A stretch of 47,826 nucleotides of DNA from Candidatus Parcubacteria bacterium (GCA_023142915.1 JAGLIO010000063.1:1-47826), one strand, 5' to 3'. Numbered from the stretch's first letter, positions 17,178 to 26,598 are shown. A program made the numbers and translations. Notes: generated from the letters alone by a model not told the origin.

Positions 17178-17664
17178 TGTCATCCTGGAATTTTTATTGG
17201 AGCGGCAACGCGCCCAACGGAAGTGCCCTTGGGGTAGAAATAAAAATATCCGGGATCCAGGGGTAAAAGCTTATTCCATGTCTTTAAAAAAATCTTTCCA
17301 AGCGGGATTATCTTTTTCAATTAATTCTATCTTCCATTGTCTTTTATATCTTTTTAATTTTTTTTCACGAACTATCGCGTCTTGAATATTTTGATATTCT
17401 TCATAATAAACAAGCTTATCTGAATTATATTTTGCCGTAAAACTATCTTTATTTATCTTTAATTTATGTTGTAACATTCTTGAATATAAACTGTTTGTTA
17501 CTCCGATGTATAATGTTCCGTTTCTTTTGCTTGCTAAAATGTATGTATAATAAATGTGTTCTTTTTTCATCTTTGCGTATTATTTTATGGTCTTATCTCT
17601 TACCCCTGGATCCCGGATATTTTTTCTTGTCGCTGCCGCTCCAAGAAAAAATTCCAGGATGACA
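17178..17664. mobile_element. GIY-YIG nuclease gene flanked by long inverted, internally palindromic repeats
   Basis: TGTCATCCTGGAATTTTT..GGAGCGGCA..AAAAATATCCGGGATCCAGGGGTAA at 17178-17266 and its reverse complement at 17600-17664. Confidence 0.7.
17271..17570 (-). CDS. Stand-alone GIY-YIG nuclease
   Basis: YYTYILAS..NGTLYIGVTN.L..R..QH, FTAKY, LVYYE, AIVREKKLK..KRQWKIELIEKDNP.W. Confidence 0.93.
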   Translation of the reverse strand: MKKEHIYYTYILASKRNGTLYIGVTNSLYSRMLQHKLKINKDSFTAKYNSDKLVYYEEYQNIQDAIVREKKLKRYKRQWKIELIEKDNPAWKDFFKDME

Positions 17665-17781
17665 GGTGGGGGCGACCCCATTTCCCTCCTTAATTATTAA
17701 TTTTAAATTCTTGGCTGTCTTGCCGAATACTGTTGTTACCACAGACGCATACACACAATCCAATACCACACACCGCGCGCG

Positions 17782-17809
17782 GTAGAGACGCGCCGCGGCG
17801 CGTCTCTAC
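17782..17809. repeat. REP-like palindrome, copy 6 (intergenic)
   Basis: GTAGAGACGCGCCGCGGCGCGTCTCTAC, with ACCGCGCGCGG before it and CGAAT mini-repeats after it. Confidence 0.92.
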
Positions 17810-17891
17810 GAATGCGAATTACGAATATTGCGAATATACAATAAAAACAACAAACAAACAGCAAGACAAAAAGAATTCAAATCAGATATTC

Positions 17892-19127
17892 TTAGTTATA
17901 ATCATAATTTACCAATGTTCCGTCATCAACTAAATACTGGCTTGGATTCCAACCGCTCATTTTTTTATTAACCTCATCATAATCAGCAGCCAATACTAAC
18001 CATACCTTAGCTCCAACTCCATAATTAGCATCAGGAATTTCAGGCAAATCTATTCCCAAAACAGTACTGCCAGTAACGTCATTAATTTCACCACTACTAT
18101 CTGCAGTATAATTAGCAATCAAGGCTCCTGGATGATTTCCTGGATATGGATCTCCATAATAAATTAAACTGTAATCCGCATTATCAGTAAGACCTGTGGC
18201 AGTAAAACTATAATCAAATGTTGCGCCTTCAACCTTATAAGTCAAAGTACCTTTTGCACCATCGGAAAGGGCTGTCCATACATCACCAGAAGTATCCTTT
18301 TGAGTTAATTTTGCTATAGATGTGTTGTCTTCACTTACACCCGGCGCCGGAGCCGTCAACTGTCTAGCTTCCAATTGAACATCAAAATTCATAACATCGC
18401 CTTGCGCCCAATTTGTAATCATTGCTTCTCCCGAATCATCCCATGCCATCAAATGATAACTTTGGCTAACAACTAATTTTTCGCCTGGCGCTAATTTACC
18501 ATTCAATTTAACCCAAGTGTCAACAACATTGTCAATTCTAACCTGATCGTTTTCGTCAATAAGAACTGTCCATAATCTATTACCGTCTACATCCGTTTTT
18601 TCTAAATCAGGCTTTTTGTTTTCTTCAGGATTGGTAGTGTTATTTATTATAAACGGACAAGAATCTATTTCTGCTCGATTTACTGGAATTTTACAAATCG
18701 CCATATCATAAACCATAAATGCTGAAAGATTATCTCTTTCTGTATACTCATTATTATCACCATCCACACAAGTTCCATCTTCAAATATTCCTCCGCCTTC
18801 TGTGTATTCCGGTTCAGAAGAAGCTCCGCAATAGCTTGTGTCGCCAGGACCATTTTTAACATTTGTTAATTTTTTCCAAATATTGGCTGGATTTTCTCCA
18901 ACATTTTCAATAACAAAAGTCATATAACTAACTTGACATGGCTTGTCTAAAAAATTTGACCAACTGCTAGCCCACGGATTCTCCTCATCAACAGAAATAT
19001 CAATAGTCCCCGCGGTAAATGTATTTCCTACGCTTGTTTCAGTGTCGCTAAAAAAAGACGTAGTGGCTCCGACCGCAAGCGCTCCGACAGCGGCGATCAT
19101 GGCCAAACTCATAATAATTTTTTTCAT
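17892..19127 (-). CDS. SipW-dependent TasA-like protein, candidate major fibre subunit
   Basis: GATTSFFSDTETSVGNTFTAGTIDI; TNWAQGDVMNF; second domain YSLIYYGDP..GAKVWLV shared with 14862..17105. Confidence 0.88.
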   Translation of the reverse strand: MKKIIMSLAMIAAVGALAVGATTSFFSDTETSVGNTFTAGTIDISVDEENPWASSWSNFLDKPCQVSYMTFVIENVGENPANIWKKLTNVKNGPGDTSYCGASSEPEYTEGGGIFEDGTCVDGDNNEYTERDNLSAFMVYDMAICKIPVNRAEIDSCPFIINNTTNPEENKKPDLEKTDVDGNRLWTVLIDENDQVRIDNVVDTWVKLNGKLAPGEKLVVSQSYHLMAWDDSGEAMITNWAQGDVMNFDVQLEARQLTAPAPGVSEDNTSIAKLTQKDTSGDVWTALSDGAKGTLTYKVEGATFDYSFTATGLTDNADYSLIYYGDPYPGNHPGALIANYTADSSGEINDVTGSTVLGIDLPEIPDANYGVGAKVWLVLAADYDEVNKKMSGWNPSQYLVDDGTLVNYDYN

Positions 19128-19283
19128 AAATTTTTTTGTTTACTAATTTAAAAAAAATATAAAATTTTTTTAAACTAATAATTTTAATTAACGCCGTTTG
19201 AAATATAATAGCTCGACCTTTGCCCTCCAAATTTAAAATTTCAAAAACGACTTTTCTAAAATATATAAATTTAATAATTTTTA

Positions 19284-19320
19284 CAAATAAAAAATACCGC
19301 CCCAAAAATGAACGATATTT
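19284..19320 (-). terminator. Terminator-like hairpin inside the 5' leader of 17892..19127
   Basis: Minus strand AAATATCGTTC-loop-GGGCGGTATTT (with G-U pairs) then TTATTT. Confidence 0.5.
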
Positions 19321-19420
19321 GCGTATAACAAAAACAAGTTAATAAACTAAAAGCATGGGGTGCTTTTAAGATATTTATCATTGCTGTTGATAACTATTAT
19401 TTTATTTAAACTTAATATTA

Positions 19421-19449
19421 ATTTTAGCAAACATTATATTTATTTGCAA
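19421..19449 (-). promoter_or_regulatory. sigma70-type promoter with extended -10
   Basis: TTGCAA-17 nt-TAAAAT with TG at the extended position. Confidence 0.6.
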
Positions 19450-19560
19450 CAAAAAAACAACCAAAAAATGGCTAAAACTAGAAAAATTGACAAATATTTA
19501 TTTTTGTTTTAAATAAATAAAATTAATATAAAATAATTATGAAATTTTTATAAAAATTAT

Positions 19561-19591
19561 AAAAAAAACGGCTTTTACAAGCCGCTTTTTT
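19561..19591 (-). terminator. Intrinsic terminator after 19612..22506
   Basis: CGGCTT/AAGCCG stem flanked by A and T runs. Confidence 0.75.
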
Positions 19592-19611
19592 ATATATAAT
19601 TTTTTTTAGTT

Positions 19612-22506
19612 TTACACAGTTTGCCTGCTTCTGATAAATATAGCAGAGCTGGCTAAAGTCAAAAGAGAAACAAATAAAATAATAAATTCGTTAAACTTAA
19701 ACCCTGTTTCAGCCAGCACTATCACTTTTTCCACTTCAAGGCTTGCCGAGGCAGTAACGCTTGCGTGATTATCAGCGCTGGCGCTTGCGTTATTCGCGTA
19801 AACTTTTGTCGCCGCGTTTGCGTTTACTCCTGCCATGTATTTTACCGCGGCTTCTTCACCTGGATTAATATCTCCTAAATCCCAATCTTTAATATTGCCG
19901 TCAAAATCCTGAAAACTTATTCCTTGAGGCAAAATATCATTTAACTTAACATTAAAAGCTGTCAAGTTGCCTTCATTTTTTACAATAATAACAAATTCTA
20001 TATCTGTCTCGCCCGGATTTGCTTTTTCTTTGCTTACTGTTTTTGTAATGACTAAAACAGGCGCTCCTTCTTCGCCAAGGACTGCCGTTTCTTCGTTAAT
20101 ATCATTGTCAAAATCAACAGTGCTAAAAGTTATTTCCTGCCCATAAACCTCAGGTGATCCATGTGATATTGACCGGAAATAATAAGTTGTTTTTGGCGCT
20201 AAACCTGAAATGGTTACGGAATGGGCGGTTACTTTAACGGGATCTTCTATTGTTGAATAAGCATAGCCGTAATTCGGCGGATTCCCAACAGTAGAATGCG
20301 GAACCGTGTCATAAACCACGCGGCTGGTGGAAAAATGAGTGGTAAGCCATGTAATGGTAACTGAATTTGGCTTTGCGCTGTTTACCTCTACTTGAGTATT
20401 TTCTATACTAAGGGCTGAATTAATAAAACCGCCTCCTCCTCCCGCGCTTTGCAATTCGCAGTTTGAATCGCAAGTATATCCGCTTGACACGCCATCACTT
20501 CCATCACATTCTTCATTTCCGTTTTTAATTCCATCACCGCAATATGATCCGGATAATTCCACTATTTGACATATATCAGAACAATAATTACAACTGCTTC
20601 CGTAAGAAGGATCACACACAATGCCATTGTTTTGCCCGTCATCACATGTTTCGTTATTATCTAAAATTTCATTTCCGCAATACGCGTAATAATTAACAAA
20701 ATTATTATTTTCGCTATCGCTTCCATTAATAACAATATCAGAGCTTGACGCCATTAATTGCTCCCATCCGCTTTTTAAAGTTTCTGTTAATATATATTCG
20801 CCGTCTTCTAAATCATTAAACTCAAAATAGCCGTTTACGTTTGTGGTGGTTGTGGCGGTTGTTGATACCGTAACATCAAAAAGATTAATTACCCAATCTT
20901 TTCCAGGATTCTGCAAATATTCATTAGTTGTTGTCGCTCCGTCCTGATCTTCAAATTTATAGCCGGAGATAATACTTGTTGAGGGAATATCTTGCTCATT
21001 AAAAAATGTACATTCAACATTATCACCCTGACCAAGAGTAATATTAACGCTATTGCCTGTTGTGTTGTAATTTCCATTAATACACCCAACACAACTTATT
21101 TCAGTTAAATTCCAACCAGAAACTACATTTTCCGTTACAGAATAACTTCCAACAGGAATATCAAAAAAACTTTTAGAGCTAGTTGAATTAGATCCATTAT
21201 CAATTAATTCAAAATCAATTCCTAAATTACTGCTAAATACAAATTCCTGAGAACTGCTTGAATTGCTGTTCTTTATGATTGTGATTGAGCCTGTTTCAGG
21301 CTCATCAGGTATTTGATAATTACCAAAATGCCTTTCATTGGCATTTACGCCCTCTTCTAATAACTCTACTGTCCAAAAACTTTCTTCTGTTGGATAAGTC
21401 TGTGTCCAGCCGTTTTGCTCAATTTCGCTAACAGTATAAATTCCGGACATTAAACCAGCAAAAGTATAGCAACCATAATTTTCATCATTAACATCGCTTA
21501 CTGTTTCTTGTTCTGATATAAGATTACCATCTTGCGATAAATTAATAACCCATCCCCCGATTTTTTCTTCACCGATTATATCACTATCCTCATCAACATC
21601 ATTATATTTACATCCGGAAATTGAACCGTAATTACAAATCTGCGATCCTATATTATCATAAATATTTTCCAGCCCATCGCCTGTTGAGGCATAGTAGTAG
21701 CCAACAGCATTATTTTCCCTTTTTGCGCCGGTAACATCTGCAATATATTCTAACAACGCTTCGGCACCAGCATCAATATTATCACCTAAGCCGATTGTAA
21801 AAATTTTATGCCCCAACAAAGCGGCTTGATCAGCCATGTTTTTGGCATACTGAACAGCATTTTCATCGGGTTTATTAGCATTGCCATCAGCTAATAATAT
21901 AATAGCTTTCATTGCTTGCGGATTGGCATTAGTGCTTGATGCAAGTTCAATATTAGCAGAAGCAATAGCAGCCCCGATATTAGCTCCTCCACCTATTGTT
22001 AAATCGCCAATTTCAGTATGAGTGCTAGTTAAAAATTTATCCCGCGTTGCATTATCCGCAAACGAAACTAGCGCTGATTGATCATTTGTTCCTAATTTAC
22101 CTAAAAAATTATTGGCTGCTTGTTTCGCATCAGTAATTTTATTTGGAATAGTGGCAGTATAGACGGGAGCCCTACAGCTGTTCGGAAACTCATCATCATC
22201 TTTAATAGCTAGACACTGATCTTTAGTAAGTCCGCTTTTTTCACGAGAAACGCATGCACTATTATAAACGCTCTCCCATTCACAAAAACCTCCATCTTCC
22301 ATACTCCCAGACCGATCCATAACCAAAACAACATCCACATCAGCGACGCACATATTTTGACTTGGCTCGTCTGCCAGCGCGTCGTCTATTGGCAAAACAA
22401 CAAAAAACACGCCTAAAAATGACATGTTTAAAATAACCGCGCATAAACTGAAAATACTAATTAACCTATTACTTCTTGCCCTCCCAGCTCGAAAAAATAA
22501 CCGCAT
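19612..22506 (-). CDS. vWA adhesin with three SdrD-B/CnaB-like domains, Cys-rich repeats, FN3-like, DUF11-like and LAETG-TM anchor
   Basis: DVVLVMDRSGSM (MIDAS); GSISGCKYND, GSITIIK, IISGYKFED; CGDGIKNGNEECDG; VLAETGF + hydrophobic stretch + RSR. Confidence 0.88.
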   Translation of the reverse strand: MRLFFRAGRARSNRLISIFSLCAVILNMSFLGVFFVVLPIDDALADEPSQNMCVADVDVVLVMDRSGSMEDGGFCEWESVYNSACVSREKSGLTKDQCLAIKDDDEFPNSCRAPVYTATIPNKITDAKQAANNFLGKLGTNDQSALVSFADNATRDKFLTSTHTEIGDLTIGGGANIGAAIASANIELASSTNANPQAMKAIILLADGNANKPDENAVQYAKNMADQAALLGHKIFTIGLGDNIDAGAEALLEYIADVTGAKRENNAVGYYYASTGDGLENIYDNIGSQICNYGSISGCKYNDVDEDSDIIGEEKIGGWVINLSQDGNLISEQETVSDVNDENYGCYTFAGLMSGIYTVSEIEQNGWTQTYPTEESFWTVELLEEGVNANERHFGNYQIPDEPETGSITIIKNSNSSSSQEFVFSSNLGIDFELIDNGSNSTSSKSFFDIPVGSYSVTENVVSGWNLTEISCVGCINGNYNTTGNSVNITLGQGDNVECTFFNEQDIPSTSIISGYKFEDQDGATTTNEYLQNPGKDWVINLFDVTVSTTATTTTNVNGYFEFNDLEDGEYILTETLKSGWEQLMASSSDIVINGSDSENNNFVNYYAYCGNEILDNNETCDDGQNNGIVCDPSYGSSCNYCSDICQIVELSGSYCGDGIKNGNEECDGSDGVSSGYTCDSNCELQSAGGGGGFINSALSIENTQVEVNSAKPNSVTITWLTTHFSTSRVVYDTVPHSTVGNPPNYGYAYSTIEDPVKVTAHSVTISGLAPKTTYYFRSISHGSPEVYGQEITFSTVDFDNDINEETAVLGEEGAPVLVITKTVSKEKANPGETDIEFVIIVKNEGNLTAFNVKLNDILPQGISFQDFDGNIKDWDLGDINPGEEAAVKYMAGVNANAATKVYANNASASADNHASVTASASLEVEKVIVLAETGFKFNEFIILFVSLLTLASSAIFIRSRQTV

Positions 22507-22540
22507 AAATTTTAAATTTTATTAATTTTTTAAAATATTA

Positions 22541-23473
22541 TTATATAAATTTATTTAATTCTTTTCTAATTTTAATATTTTTCCTAAATTGCCAAATAAC
22601 AATAAATATTAGCATCAAAGCCATTAAAATAAGCGGCCAAGATGATTCAATATTGTTAATAATCCCACCCCCAAAAACATCTTCTTCCTCTTCTTTGGAA
22701 ATGGAAAATTGAAATTGTTTTTCAAGCAATAATTCATCTTTATGATAAAATCCCAATTGAGCTGAATATTTTCCTTCAGGCCAATCATACGTTTGCGCGA
22801 TAATCGGCTTAATTTCATATTGAGCCTTTGGATTAACTTTTGGTTCATCTTCAGGATAAGGATAAATAACATCATAAACATTTTTTTCGTCTTTTTTTAT
22901 TTTTAAATGAACTTGCGGAGATAAACCGACATTACCTTGGTTGTCATAAATTATTCTAATGCTTAACGGTTCGCCAATATTTAAATCATAATCATTTGGT
23001 ATAACAGAAGTGTTTTTTATGCTGATTTCTTGCTTGTCGCTAACTACTATGGTTACTTTGCGATCAATTTTTTGCAAAACAGCAGCGCTTGATTCTTCGC
23101 TCTTAACAATTTCACCGGGAAGATTGGAAACACTTATTGAGCCTTTATATTCTCCGTTTAAAACGTCGCTCGGAATATCTAAAATAGCGATTACGCGCAA
23201 AGTCCCTTGAGCGGGAATCGTTGTTGTGGCAAATTGATTTTTTAAATCTTCAGTTAAAAAAAATTTTACCCAGTCTTTAATTTGGCCTTCAGCGCCGAAT
23301 TTTACGACTATGGGCTGTTTATCTGAATTAACAGCGATAATTTCCTGCTGAATTCTTTCTCCGCGCAAAGCGTTTTCAATAACAATCGGCTGAGTCATCT
23401 GCCCAAGCGCGAAAACAAATTTCGGAACAAGCAAAAAACTTATTAATAAAATAAATATTTGACATTTTTTCAT
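22541..23473 (-). CDS. Secreted two-Ig-domain protein with C-terminal TM (loosely resembles DUF916/DUF3324 WxL-partner proteins)
   Basis: Signal peptide; IPSDVLNGEYKGSI; YDNQGNVGLSP; WPEGKYSA; TM then basic tail. Family call is tentative. Confidence 0.6.
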   Translation of the reverse strand: MKKCQIFILLISFLLVPKFVFALGQMTQPIVIENALRGERIQQEIIAVNSDKQPIVVKFGAEGQIKDWVKFFLTEDLKNQFATTTIPAQGTLRVIAILDIPSDVLNGEYKGSISVSNLPGEIVKSEESSAAVLQKIDRKVTIVVSDKQEISIKNTSVIPNDYDLNIGEPLSIRIIYDNQGNVGLSPQVHLKIKKDEKNVYDVIYPYPEDEPKVNPKAQYEIKPIIAQTYDWPEGKYSAQLGFYHKDELLLEKQFQFSISKEEEEDVFGGGIINNIESSWPLILMALMLIFIVIWQFRKNIKIRKELNKFI

Positions 23474-23557
23474 AATTCCATCTAGATTAAAAATTTATTA
23501 CAAATTATATTCTATCTTAGCCGTTTTAAAATATTTGTCAAATACATTTGTCAATAT

Positions 23558-25171
23558 TTATTTTTCACAAGTCAAACTTGAAATTTTTTCAGCTGATAAT
23601 ATCATTTGTCCTGAAAACGCTGATTGATTGTCGTTTTCAGGATATTTTTTAATTAAAATACCCAAATCAATATTTGTTGTTTCGCCCAAATCCAATGGAT
23701 CTTTTAAATACGCGATTTGCTCGGGAAAATAATTTAACCATTCAGCGTTTTTTCCTACCCGCGCTTTATATTCAAGATTCCAAATTCCATTTGTTTTGCC
23801 TAAATTAAAATCATCTTGCTGAATTTTAATCTGCAAGCGGGTATTTCCGATATTGCGGACTGTTGGACGGAATAAACCGCCCCAAACAGAATCGCCTCGC
23901 GTAATTTTAAATTTATTTTCAGCAACTCTTAAATATTGAAAATTGCTAAAATCATTTTCAAATGTTGTCAGTTCTAAATATTTTAAAACATTGCTTGCTT
24001 CAGCTAAATTTTCTTGACTGTCTTTAACTTTTAACAAAACTTGATATTCACCTGCAGGATCATCAAAAGCCAAACTGCTTTCAGCGCAAAACAAAGAAAC
24101 AGTATCTTGCTCTAAAAATCCTTTTGTTCCGCAAACTTTTTCATAGCCATAAACATAATTTTCCTCTTTATTTGTATGCCAAACTAATAAATTATTATTA
24201 TTTTCTCTTGTTTGCCTGCAAATAATTTCCAGCGCTTCTTTTTTAGGTATTGCGCTTAATTCTACTTCACTTTTTTCTTGCCCGCAGCCTTTTTTAAAAC
24301 TCTTGTCATAAGCGATATCTTTTGGATAATTAACATTAGCCAAAACAGAACCTGCTGTTCCAAAATCACCGCCAACTATGGCGCATATAGCGTATTGTCT
24401 ATCAAGTTTATATTCACCGGATGGCAAAATTTGAGCGCCAATATCTTTGCTGTCGTCTTCTCCTTTATAAATATTATTGTCTTTTAAAGCAAGCATTTGC
24501 CATTGCGCTATTATTTCCGGCTTGTTAAAAAAAACGTCATTATCAATTTTAGCTGCCGCGCTTGAACCGCCTGATCCTCCGGAAGAACTGTTTACAATAC
24601 TTGGGCTTGAACTTGCTTTATCTATGATTAATTTTGAACTGCTGCTTGTTTTATCACTAAATGATGCCATGTCTTCAGTAGTTGAAGCAGTGCTTGATCC
24701 GTTCGCGCTTTCACTATTAAATAAAACGGCTTGCGAACCGCTTGCCTGATCTTCTGCTTTATCGCCAAGACTATCAAAAACAAAAATTATCGGCTCATCA
24801 CTAAAATCAACTAAAACAACATCATCAATTTCTTCAGGCAAATTATCGTTTTGTTCAAACTCATCAATTATTTCTTCTTGTGTTTCTTCTTGCAAATTTT
24901 CATTTTGCTCAACAGCGACTTGTTCTTCATCGGCGCTTTCCTCTGTCTCTGTCTGGTCAACTTCTTCTTTATTTGCTTCTTCATTTGCTTCTTCATTAAC
25001 AGCAGGTTCATCAACATCGGTCTGGTCGCTTGTTTCAATTTCAGGCGCTTCGCTTTCACTCTCAGGCAAAACTTCTTCATTCGCCATTACAAAACCAAAA
25101 TTTAAAATCAAGCTTATAGCGCAAATATAAGCGATTAACTTTAGTTTAATTTTCTTGGTTTGTAATGGCAT
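23558..25171 (-). CDS. Secreted protein, acidic N-terminal stalk plus domain paralogous to 25254..26360
   Basis: GAQILPSGEY, DDPAGEYQV, YLELTTFENDF, TVRNIGNTRL, WNLEYKARVG. Confidence 0.82.
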   Translation of the reverse strand: MPLQTKKIKLKLIAYICAISLILNFGFVMANEEVLPESESEAPEIETSDQTDVDEPAVNEEANEEANKEEVDQTETEESADEEQVAVEQNENLQEETQEEIIDEFEQNDNLPEEIDDVVLVDFSDEPIIFVFDSLGDKAEDQASGSQAVLFNSESANGSSTASTTEDMASFSDKTSSSSKLIIDKASSSPSIVNSSSGGSGGSSAAAKIDNDVFFNKPEIIAQWQMLALKDNNIYKGEDDSKDIGAQILPSGEYKLDRQYAICAIVGGDFGTAGSVLANVNYPKDIAYDKSFKKGCGQEKSEVELSAIPKKEALEIICRQTRENNNNLLVWHTNKEENYVYGYEKVCGTKGFLEQDTVSLFCAESSLAFDDPAGEYQVLLKVKDSQENLAEASNVLKYLELTTFENDFSNFQYLRVAENKFKITRGDSVWGGLFRPTVRNIGNTRLQIKIQQDDFNLGKTNGIWNLEYKARVGKNAEWLNYFPEQIAYLKDPLDLGETTNIDLGILIKKYPENDNQSAFSGQMILSAEKISSLTCEK

Positions 25172-25184
25172 TTTTTATAAATTA

Positions 25185-25247
25185 AAAGGTCTGGTGTTAA
25201 TGGCTTTATTAACAACAAGCCTTTGGGGCGGAAATAATACCGCCCCA
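25185..25247 (-). other. Tandem hairpins immediately 3' of 25254..26360
   Basis: TGGGGCGG/CCGCCCCA stem (25224-25247) next to AAAGG..GTTAAT/ATTAAC..CCTTT stem (25185-25224). Confidence 0.65.
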
Positions 25248-25253
25248 CATAAA

Positions 25254-26360
25254 CTAACTACCAATAACACAATCTGTGCAAGTAGTATCACATTCTAAAT
25301 GATTAACCATTACAGCTCCTAAAGTCATTGTTCCAACATAGCAATCGCTATCATGTGTTGGCGGGAACTTTGAGATAGTAACGGAAAAATCCATTTCATC
25401 TAATTCTGACAAATCCAATTCATCTGCCAATGTAACTGTTTGATTTGGATTATAAACAGAGTATGGAGATAAACTTCCAACTCTTGCGTCATATTCAACG
25501 TTCCAAAGTCCGTCTGTTACGCCAAGCTCCATATCGTCTTGGCTGACAGTCATAGCCAATCTGGTATTACCGACATTTCTTACTGATGCTTTTCCAGCGT
25601 CCATTGCATCCCAAGTCAAATCACCACTAATGATTTTGTGTGTGTTTAGTCTGACATTACCGTAACTAACAGTTGTAAAATCAGTTTCAAAAGCAGTTAA
25701 AGGAAGATAATCAAAATGATTTTCTAAAATATCCTGCAATCCGTTATAATCTTGTCCAACAGCCCAAACTTTATAACTTCCTGATGGATCTTCATAGGAA
25801 AGTTCTTTTGATCCGCAATATACCGCTGCTCTGTCTTTGTATAATTCACCGTCTTCTCTGCAAATAGCGTCATAACTATAACCGCCTTCAATAGTCGGCA
25901 AGTTATAGTTATCATTTCTTACTGAATCGCAAAAAAGCGCAATTCCTTCCATTTTTTCCAATCTATGCAAACTGTCTTCTTGCATTAATTCACCGCAACC
26001 TAAGCCGGATTGATCAGCCAATGCTACATGGCTATCGCCTAAAGCAATATTTTCAGGATAAAATACGTCAGCGTAAACATTAAGCACGTCAGCTAATCCG
26101 TCAGGATCAGTTACAATCGCGCACATTGCAATAGTTTTGTTTACTTGGTATTGTCCGGAAGGCATAATTTGAGCGCCGTCTGCTGTTGATGCGTCAGTAT
26201 ATCTGTCATCATTAGCTTCCCATTTTGCCAAAACCAACGGAGCTTCACCGCCGCTTGTGTCGCGAGTAAGACCTGTGTCAATAGTGCTGGCAACGCCTGT
26301 TCCACCACACATAGTAAATGCCATCGCGAACATTAAACTAAAAATAATAAATTTTTTCAT
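25254..26360 (-). CDS. Secreted Cys-containing beta-rich protein of unknown family, candidate abundant structural subunit
   Basis: Signal peptide; GAQIMPSGQY, EDPSGSYKV, YLPLTAFETDF, SVRNVGNTRL, WNVEYDARVG; ends YVGTMTLGAV... Confidence 0.85.
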   Translation of the reverse strand: MKKFIIFSLMFAMAFTMCGGTGVASTIDTGLTRDTSGGEAPLVLAKWEANDDRYTDASTADGAQIMPSGQYQVNKTIAMCAIVTDPDGLADVLNVYADVFYPENIALGDSHVALADQSGLGCGELMQEDSLHRLEKMEGIALFCDSVRNDNYNLPTIEGGYSYDAICREDGELYKDRAAVYCGSKELSYEDPSGSYKVWAVGQDYNGLQDILENHFDYLPLTAFETDFTTVSYGNVRLNTHKIISGDLTWDAMDAGKASVRNVGNTRLAMTVSQDDMELGVTDGLWNVEYDARVGSLSPYSVYNPNQTVTLADELDLSELDEMDFSVTISKFPPTHDSDCYVGTMTLGAVMVNHLECDTTCTDCVIGS

Positions 26361-26598
26361 ATATTTTTTTCTTTAGTTTTGCTTCTTATCAAGACCGTTA
26401 ATTTAAAACATGTCCGACCTTTACGCCATGCATTTTTAATAAATTACCAGATAATTTTGATAACAAGCATGAATTAATATTTTTATATATTTCCCAAACG
26501 TAATTTTTACGTTCAAAAAACACATAAATGCTTTTTTAAGTTTCAGAAATATTCTGAAATCGACCTTTAGGACACTTAAAAATTAATAATTAATTTGC

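Noticed and set aside
17733-17933. Plus-strand ORF containing RDAPRRVST
   Set aside because: It is the REP and neighbouring mini-repeats read in another frame within an intergenic region.
19128-19420. Known riboswitch (c-di-GMP, c-di-AMP) in the long leaders, and ORF 19048..19305
   Set aside because: Could not match consensus riboswitch cores by eye (an Rfam scan would settle it). The ORF is low-complexity, overlaps the real gene and lacks an ATG start.
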